From: Myxococcales bacterium
GTDB taxonomy: Bacteria; Myxococcota_A; Polyangia; Palsa-1104; JAEUJZ01
Assembly (NCBI GenBank): GCA_016794505.1
Contig: JAEUJZ010000023.1
Coordinates: 130,550 to 194,549, forward strand
Length of the DNA: 64,000 nucleotides
Direction of reading: 5' to 3'
Shown piece after piece: positions 58,165 to 64,000 of the stretch (the stretch's first letter is position 1; each line of letters begins with the position of its first letter). A model generated the notes under the pieces. The model made no database searches and had not been told where the DNA came from. It saw only the letters and a program-made list of their open reading frames with translations. A program made the translations under genes and the position numbers.

Positions 58165-58902
58165 CTATTCTACAAGGAGCGACTGTGAAAGCAACGCGAC
58201 AGACGTGGCCTCGGCGACGCGTGGTGCTTGGTGCGCACGATGAAGCAGCAGCGGCAGCAAGCGCTCGGCCGCTGACTCGACGGACAGCGCGCTGGGCTCA
58301 GGCCGCAGGGATGTCAGGGTGGGATCGGTCGTGCCGTCGTCCTTTTGGGTCTGGGCTTCTTCGATGCTGATGGCGCGTCCCTGAGGGTTGCCGCAGGGCA
58401 CAAACCAGCGCTGAGCGAAGGGTAGGGTGGCTTCCCGCAGGATGTTGATGGCCATGCCGTGGATGGTGACACGGCGCGAGACGTGTACACCGATCGCCGC
58501 CAGCTTGCGTGATCCCAGCCACACACCAACCTGTTCGCGATCGAAGTGAGCAGACAGGCCATAGCTCTTCGCAAGCTCGATGGCAGCTGCGGCCAGCCAC
58601 GTGACGTGCGCGACAATTCCGCGCTGCAAACGGACGATGGGGTACACCACAAGCTGGCCTGGACCGTGATACGTCACCTGACCGCCGCGGCTGCTGCGAT
58701 GCACTTCGACCCCATGCGATGACAACAGATCGCGACCGGCCAGGATGTCGGCTTCCGTCGCGCTTCGTCCCAGCGTCAAGACCGGGCTGTGCTCACACAA
58801 AAGGATCGCCTCGGGGCCGCCTTGCAGCACGCGCGCACGCAAGCGCTCTTGCAGATCCCAGGTCGCTTGGTACGGCGCACGGCCCAGGAAATAGACTTCC
58901 AT
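58165..58902 (-). CDS. lipB: Octanoyltransferase LipB with about 50-aa C-terminal extension
   Basis: HSPVLTLGR...HRSSRGGQVTYHGPGQLVVYPI...KLAAIGV are LipB catalytic-core motifs. Confidence 0.75.
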   Translation of the reverse strand: MEVYFLGRAPYQATWDLQERLRARVLQGGPEAILLCEHSPVLTLGRSATEADILAGRDLLSSHGVEVHRSSRGGQVTYHGPGQLVVYPIVRLQRGIVAHVTWLAAAAIELAKSYGLSAHFDREQVGVWLGSRKLAAIGVHVSRRVTIHGMAINILREATLPFAQRWFVPCGNPQGRAISIEEAQTQKDDGTTDPTLTSLRPEPSALSVESAAERLLPLLLHRAHQAPRVAEATSVALLSQSLLVE

Positions 58903-58917
58903 GGGCGGGGTCGCGCT

Positions 58918-60756
58918 CTAGGATGCGTCGGTCAGCTCGTTGAACAGCTCTCCGTCGAGGTACTCGATCGGCAGCAGCATGCGACGCACGCCAACCTGGT
59001 GGCGAATCAGAAGCTCGGTCAGCGCATCTTGGTCGTATACATCGATGCCCGGAAGGGCGTTGGCTTCGGCCAAGGCTGCCGCCGATAAGCGAGCGCTGGC
59101 CAGAAGCAGCCCCTCGTCAAAGCCGCGCATGCGGATGCCAGCCCGCAGCTCGCCGATCGCCTCGCGCGGGATCTCGCTATCACCGGGCCGGATCGCCACC
59201 AGCAGGCGAATCTGCCGAGTGCCGCGCAAAAGCGTGCCGCCGAAATACGCTACGCCGTCGCCGCGCTTGATCAGATCGGGAGAAACCATGCCCATTCGTT
59301 CGAGCACGAGGCGCATCAAGAGCTCAAACGGTCCCGCAGCCATGCTGCGCAGCCGTCGTCGCAGAGCAACGCGTGTTGCTTCGCGGGTTCGGCTCAGGCG
59401 ATCCATCAGATCGCGCTCGGCTGTATAGAGCTCTGGCTCTAGCTTGCGCTCGCCGAGTGCATATTGTCCGGGCCCGGTGGTGCGCATACGCGGGCGCAGA
59501 CCTTCGCTGTCTCGCTGCCGTTGCTCGCGCACCAGCGCACCACGCAAGGCTCGCGCAATGTCGTTTAGCTCGCCACGCACCAAGCGACGCTTCAGGGCGA
59601 TCTCGGCAATCTGTCGGCCAGCGAGTGGTCGACCGTCTGACGATCCGCGCAGGACGTCATACGCCGCATCGGCCAAGGTCATCAGGCGCGGGCCGGCTGG
59701 CTGCGGCGTGCCCCCTGGGGCTGCACCCGGCTGAGTCGGCTTTTCGGCTGCGCTGGGCATGGGGGTTGAACCGCTGGGCGCAGCCGCTGGGCGCGGTGAC
59801 TGTGCGGACGGCGCCAAAGCCGGCGTGGATAGAGGCGCAGCGACGGCTGGCGGTGCAACAGGCGGCGCAGCTACCGCCGCCTCTGCGGTGGCTCCGCGGC
59901 TGGGCAGCGGCGGGGCGGCGGGCTCACGAGTCACTGCTGTGACGCGGCTCGGGGCGGGCTCTGGCGCGAGTGGTGCGGCAGGAACGGCGAGCGGCACAGC
60001 CTCTGCGGTTGCTGTCTTCGTCGGTTCGCTGGGGCTTGCGGACGCGGCTGCAGCTGGCGCCGAAGGAGGCTCCGGCGGCTTGCTCGCGACGTCCTCGTTC
60101 GGTTCTGTGACTGTCGATGGCAACGCCGGAACAACCGCTGCTGGGCTTGCAGGAACAGCGCCTGGAACACCGCGGCCACTATCGGTGGCCGCTGCCCGCT
60201 GTTCGTCACGCGACCGTCGGCTTCCCCGTCGATGTGAATCGCGCGGTGGATGCGCACTGCTGGCTGCCGCTGGCTTTTCGTCGGTCTCAGCTGACTTGGC
60301 CGGGGCTTCGCGCCGCGATTCAGCGCTCGCTGGGGCCTCGCTGGCTGCTTCGTGTCGCTGCGGGCTGGTCTTGCCAGATCCGCCCCGCCGCCTGCGAGAA
60401 GAACCAGACTCAGCGGTCGGCGCTGTGTTGCTGCCGCCGTCGTTGGATTTTGCGGCCGTATTCTCGTCCACCGTTTCCTCCGTCGTCGCCGTTCCTTCTG
60501 CTGCTGGCCGGCCTTTGCTGGCCCGCAGTGGCATGTTGCGCAGGCCGAATACCCCAGGACTCACACGCAAAAGATCGGTTGCAGGCCGACGCGCTTCGGC
60601 CTGCAGTCGAGACTGCATCATCTCTTCTGGGTCGCGGCCGACGACCGAGAGCAGCTCATACTTCAGCGCCAAGCGAGTCAACTCCTTGAAGTGAAGTGGC
60701 CTGCCTTCCCGTCGCAGAACCTCGAACGCAGCTTCCAGAAACGTCATCCTTATCAA
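58918..60756 (-). CDS. Protein with two HARE-HTH-like winged-helix modules, a long Pro/Ala-rich linker and a C-terminal Mrr-like restriction-endonuclease-fold domain
   Basis: MTFLEAAFEVLRREGRPLHFKEL and LMTLADAAYDVLRGSSDGRPLAGRQI are RNAP-delta/HARE-HTH-like. The C-terminal region is Mrr_cat-like. Confidence 0.4.
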   Translation of the reverse strand: MIRMTFLEAAFEVLRREGRPLHFKELTRLALKYELLSVVGRDPEEMMQSRLQAEARRPATDLLRVSPGVFGLRNMPLRASKGRPAAEGTATTEETVDENTAAKSNDGGSNTAPTAESGSSRRRRGGSGKTSPQRHEAASEAPASAESRREAPAKSAETDEKPAAASSAHPPRDSHRRGSRRSRDEQRAAATDSGRGVPGAVPASPAAVVPALPSTVTEPNEDVASKPPEPPSAPAAAASASPSEPTKTATAEAVPLAVPAAPLAPEPAPSRVTAVTREPAAPPLPSRGATAEAAVAAPPVAPPAVAAPLSTPALAPSAQSPRPAAAPSGSTPMPSAAEKPTQPGAAPGGTPQPAGPRLMTLADAAYDVLRGSSDGRPLAGRQIAEIALKRRLVRGELNDIARALRGALVREQRQRDSEGLRPRMRTTGPGQYALGERKLEPELYTAERDLMDRLSRTREATRVALRRRLRSMAAGPFELLMRLVLERMGMVSPDLIKRGDGVAYFGGTLLRGTRQIRLLVAIRPGDSEIPREAIGELRAGIRMRGFDEGLLLASARLSAAALAEANALPGIDVYDQDALTELLIRHQVGVRRMLLPIEYLDGELFNELTDAS

Positions 60757-61126
60757 ACCCCGTGGAGCGTCTGCCCCAGATCAGTTCACCGTCGGTCACC
60801 AAGCATCGCGTACTTGCAGAAAACAGCGTGTTGGTGTCATTAGGATTGCTGGCTCGCCTTCCTCGTCGAACCACGCAGAGCCTTCGCGATTCACAACAGC
60901 CCACGCAGCGCGCGATCTACCAGCCTCTGGCAGCGCCTGGCGAGCACGGCCAGGGAGTGTTACCGCCGTCGTCGCGGACGTGTCAAGAGGCAAGTAGCGA
61001 GGGCTAGGGAATTTAAGCGCTCCATCCTAAGCCGAGGGCCCGAGAGCCTGCAGACCTAGGGCCCTTATGCTTCCTGTGCGCGGTGCTTGGTTGCCGATAG
61101 CGTGTGTGATAGCGTTCGAGCCTGTC

Positions 61127-61969
61127 ATGTCAGTCACCCCTGATCGCACGCTTGCCGGAAAGACCCTGTTTATTACCGGCGCCAGCCGTGGCATTGGCTT
61201 GGCGATCGCTCTTCGCGCGGCCCGCGACGGAGCCAACATCGTCGTCGCGGCCAAGACCAAGGATCCGCACCCCAAGCTGCCGGGCACGATTTACACGGCA
61301 GCGGAGGAGATCGAAAAAGCAGGCGGACGGGCTCTGCCCTGCGTCTGTGACATTCGCGATGAAGTGCAGATCCACGCTGCGGTCAACGAAGCGGTCAAGA
61401 CCTTTGGCGGTATCGATATCCTGGTTAATAACGCCAGTGCGATCGGCTTGACGCCGACGCTGGCTACGCCGATGAAGCGCTTTGATCTGATGCATCAGAT
61501 CAACATGCGCGGCACGTATGCCTGTACGCAGGCCTGCATTCCACACCTGGCCAAGGCACAGAATCCGCACGTGCTGACGTTGTCTCCGCCGCTTTCGATT
61601 ACTGGCAATCCGTCGTGGTGGGGGCCACATGTTGCGTACACCATGGCCAAGTACGGCATGACGCTGTGTGTGCTCGGACACGCCGAAGAGCTTCGTTCCG
61701 AGGGCATTGCCGTCAACGCGCTGTGGCCACGGACCATCATCGCCACTGCAGCCGTACAGAACCTGCTCGGCGGAGACGCGACCATCCGCGGCAGTCGCAA
61801 GCCCGAGATCGTGGCGGACGCCGCGCACTACGTCCTTTCGCAGCCCAGTCGCAGCTTTACCGGGCGCTTCTGCATTGATGAAGACGTCCTGCGTGCTGCG
61901 GGTGTGACGGACTTTTCATCGTATGCTGTGGATCCCACGGCAGCGTTGATTACAGATCTCTTTGTCTAA
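61127..61969 (+). CDS. SDR-family oxidoreductase (HSDL2-like)
   Basis: The Rossmann motif is TGASRGIG. The catalytic YxxxK is YTMAK, with an NNAS motif. Confidence 0.75.
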   Translation: MSVTPDRTLAGKTLFITGASRGIGLAIALRAARDGANIVVAAKTKDPHPKLPGTIYTAAEEIEKAGGRALPCVCDIRDEVQIHAAVNEAVKTFGGIDILVNNASAIGLTPTLATPMKRFDLMHQINMRGTYACTQACIPHLAKAQNPHVLTLSPPLSITGNPSWWGPHVAYTMAKYGMTLCVLGHAEELRSEGIAVNALWPRTIIATAAVQNLLGGDATIRGSRKPEIVADAAHYVLSQPSRSFTGRFCIDEDVLRAAGVTDFSSYAVDPTAALITDLFV

Positions 61970-62182
61970 AGGTCGTAATAAAGACTTGCGGTGGCCTTTA
62001 TTGTTCGTCGAAGCAAGATCGGCCACATGGGCATCTATAAGAACTGCGAATGCAGTCCGTGAGACGTGCCCAAGCCCCCAATCCTCATGAGCGGCCGACG
62101 CAGACCATCGCCATCGCACGCATCACGCCGCACTGCAGCCTCCGCTGGCTGGCCGCCTAGCGGAAACACAGAGGGCACCCTG

Positions 62183-63109
62183 ATGACCATCCAAACGCAA
62201 GCTCTGCCACAGTCTGAAATCAAAGACCCGCTTGAGGAACACTTACAGCAGCTTCTGCCCAGCACCGACAGTGCGCCGCAGGCTCTGCATCGCGCCATGT
62301 GGCACGCGGTGTTTCCTTCTGGAAAGCGGGTGCGGCCTCGTCTGCTGCTGACGGTGGCTGAAGCCTGCGCGGCGGACACGGCAGAAAAAGATCTGGCGAT
62401 GCATGCCGCCTGCGCCATTGAGCTGATCCACTCGGCCTCGCTGGTGCATGACGATCTGCCGTGCTTCGACGATGCCAGCATGCGGCGCGGTCATCCGACA
62501 GTACACAAGGTCTATGGCGAGGCGATGGCGGTCTTGGCGGGGGATGCGCTGCTGACGCGTGCCTTTGAGATCCTGGCCGATGCACCACCGCGACTGGCTC
62601 GTCGGGCGCTGCGTATTGTGCGGCTGCTGGCACAGGCCACGGGCTCGCAAGATGGAATCATCGGCGGCCAGAGCCTTGAGCAAGTGCCGGCGCGTGGCAG
62701 CAAGGCACCGACGCTGCCGATGGCTCCAGAGCTCTTGGGTCGTTATCACGCAATGAAGACGGCCGCGCTGTTCCGCGTGGCGGCTGCCGCAGGTGCAACC
62801 GCCGCGGGTGCCACCGACGCCGATGCCTGGGGGGAAGTGGGCCAGAACCTGGGCCTGGCCTTCCAGCTTGCCGATGATCTGTGCGATGCGTTTGGCCGTG
62901 CCGATGTCGCGGGCAAACCGGTGCGTCGTGATGTCGCGCTGGGCCGACCCAATGCCGCGGCGCTGGTTGGCGAGCGCAGCTCACGCGCCCGCATGAACGA
63001 GCTCTTGTCGCATGCACTGGAACAGACGCGCGCTCTGGCCGTCGATCCAACGCCGCTCGTTCGACTGATCGATGACCTAAGCGGTCACTTCCTAAAGACC
63101 ACGAAATAG
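62183..63109 (+). CDS. Polyprenyl diphosphate synthase (GGPP/FPP synthase, CrtE/IspA-like)
   Basis: The FARM-like motif is LVHDDLPCFDD and the SARM is FQLADDLCD. The start is moved to MTIQTQ. Confidence 0.7.
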   Translation: MTIQTQALPQSEIKDPLEEHLQQLLPSTDSAPQALHRAMWHAVFPSGKRVRPRLLLTVAEACAADTAEKDLAMHAACAIELIHSASLVHDDLPCFDDASMRRGHPTVHKVYGEAMAVLAGDALLTRAFEILADAPPRLARRALRIVRLLAQATGSQDGIIGGQSLEQVPARGSKAPTLPMAPELLGRYHAMKTAALFRVAAAAGATAAGATDADAWGEVGQNLGLAFQLADDLCDAFGRADVAGKPVRRDVALGRPNAAALVGERSSRARMNELLSHALEQTRALAVDPTPLVRLIDDLSGHFLKTTK

Positions 63110-63147
63110 CGACGGGCAGCCGGCAGCATCAAGCGGGCTTAAGGGCG

Positions 63148-64000
63148 CTATTTTTCCGACGACATCGGCAGCTCGTCGAGGTTGTCAAACCAGCCAAAGA
63201 ACGTCTTGAGTTTCTCTTTGCGCGGCGGCTCCAAGTAATCAAAGTTGGTGCCGCGATCGACGATCTCCCAGAAGTCCTTGCTGTGTACGGCCAGAAGCTC
63301 ATCGCGGATCGACAGCAAGCGCTCGGGGCGCTCGTGCTGCATGTCGAGATAGATGCGGTGCGCCGCAAGCTCGTTGCCCATCTCGATGTACGCCGTCGCC
63401 AGCTTGATCTGCGCTTTGCGCACACCGCGCAGCGTGACTTCTTGCGCCTCGGTCTCGGCCGCTTGGTCGATCGACAGCAGGCAGCCCAGCATTGCGTCGT
63501 GCGCGGGCGAGTGGCGCTTCGCCGCCTCTTCACACAGCGCGGCCAGATCGTACGCCAGCGTCTCGGTGACAAAGCCCAGGTGCAGGTTCAGCGCAGTCTG
63601 CGCGTAATAGCGCAAGTGCTCGGCCACTTCGCACAGGATCTCGGGCTGCTCGAACGCGATCAGCTTTTCGGCAAGCTGTCGATACTGATGCAGCACGTTG
63701 TACGCGCTTCGCACCTTCTGCGTGTTCAGCGCGATGCGAATAAATGTGTTGAAGAACTTGATGCACACACGCAGCGAGGCGCGATCGTTCGTCTCAAGCG
63801 CGGCCTCGCCCAAGTAGCGCGCATCGATGGCGATCAGGTGGCCAATATCTGGAAGCTCGGCGATGGCCACCGAGTACACGTTTAAGAGCTGTCGCAGGAT
63901 CTTCCACTCGACCCACGTGCCGTCTGAGTTCAAGGCAGCCAGCGACTCTTTGGCCATCGAAACGAAGTCGGGGCTGGTGCGCACATCCCGACCGAGCTGA
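63148..64000 (-). CDS. Hypothetical protein, 5'-partial (ORF open to the window edge)
   Basis: GC3 is high. The ORF-track start at 63984 is a GTG inside an ORF that remains open upstream. Confidence 0.4.
   Translation of the reverse strand, partial: QLGRDVRTSPDFVSMAKESLAALNSDGTWVEWKILRQLLNVYSVAIAELPDIGHLIAIDARYLGEAALETNDRASLRVCIKFFNTFIRIALNTQKVRSAYNVLHQYRQLAEKLIAFEQPEILCEVAEHLRYYAQTALNLHLGFVTETLAYDLAALCEEAAKRHSPAHDAMLGCLLSIDQAAETEAQEVTLRGVRKAQIKLATAYIEMGNELAAHRIYLDMQHERPERLLSIRDELLAVHSKDFWEIVDRGTNFDYLEPPRKEKLKTFFGWFDNLDELPMSSEK

Noticed and set aside
62183-63109. A carotenoid biosynthesis cluster around the GGPP synthase.
   Set aside because: Only the prenyl synthase is present. No phytoene synthase or desaturase is in the window. 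A link to the CarH-like regulator 25 kb away is speculative.

Overview
This is a very GC-rich (~70%) bacterial chromosomal segment. Its gene content (Hanks-type Ser/Thr kinases, FHA, PEGA, PilZ and TPR proteins, GldG-like ABC component, many secreted Cys-rich proteins) looks like Myxococcota (Sorangiineae-like); that placement is inference. I call about 45 protein-coding genes on both strands, plus a tRNA-Val(TAC)/tRNA-Asp(GTC) pair with a strong intrinsic terminator. The window is dense in signalling genes: two Ser/Thr kinases (one 5'-truncated with PEGA domains, one with a polytopic N-terminal sensor), three FHA proteins, two PilZ proteins, a divergent ECF-sigma / B12-binding MerR (CarH-like) pair, and a STAS protein beside a 2419-aa TPR giant. 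Housekeeping genes include uvrD-like helicase, coaX, lipB, an RlmM-like methyltransferase, DsbD-like and TlpA-like thiol-disulfide proteins, a polyprenol-P-mannose synthase, a TPP enzyme, an SDR and a GGPP synthase. The most unusual items, most interesting first: (1) a three-gene FHA operon whose largest member fuses FHA to a CpaF/VirB11-type secretion ATPase with destroyed Walker A, Walker B and His-box, convergent with a sensor kinase; (2) a 2-hydroxyacyl-CoA-dehydratase-like radical enzyme system (double HgdC-type activase fused to dehydratase domains, plus a DUF2229 partner); (3) a LipB / Ddl-like ATP-grasp / GNAT / ferredoxin-like gene run; (4) a perfect Fur-family 7-1-7 box over the promoter of a small MerC-like membrane protein; (5) a (CGGTAT)5 microsatellite in a 5' leader; (6) two AT-rich islands in otherwise GC-rich DNA. 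No CRISPR array, transposase or integrase was found. All functional calls come from motif-level reading of the translations and need homology or HMM confirmation.
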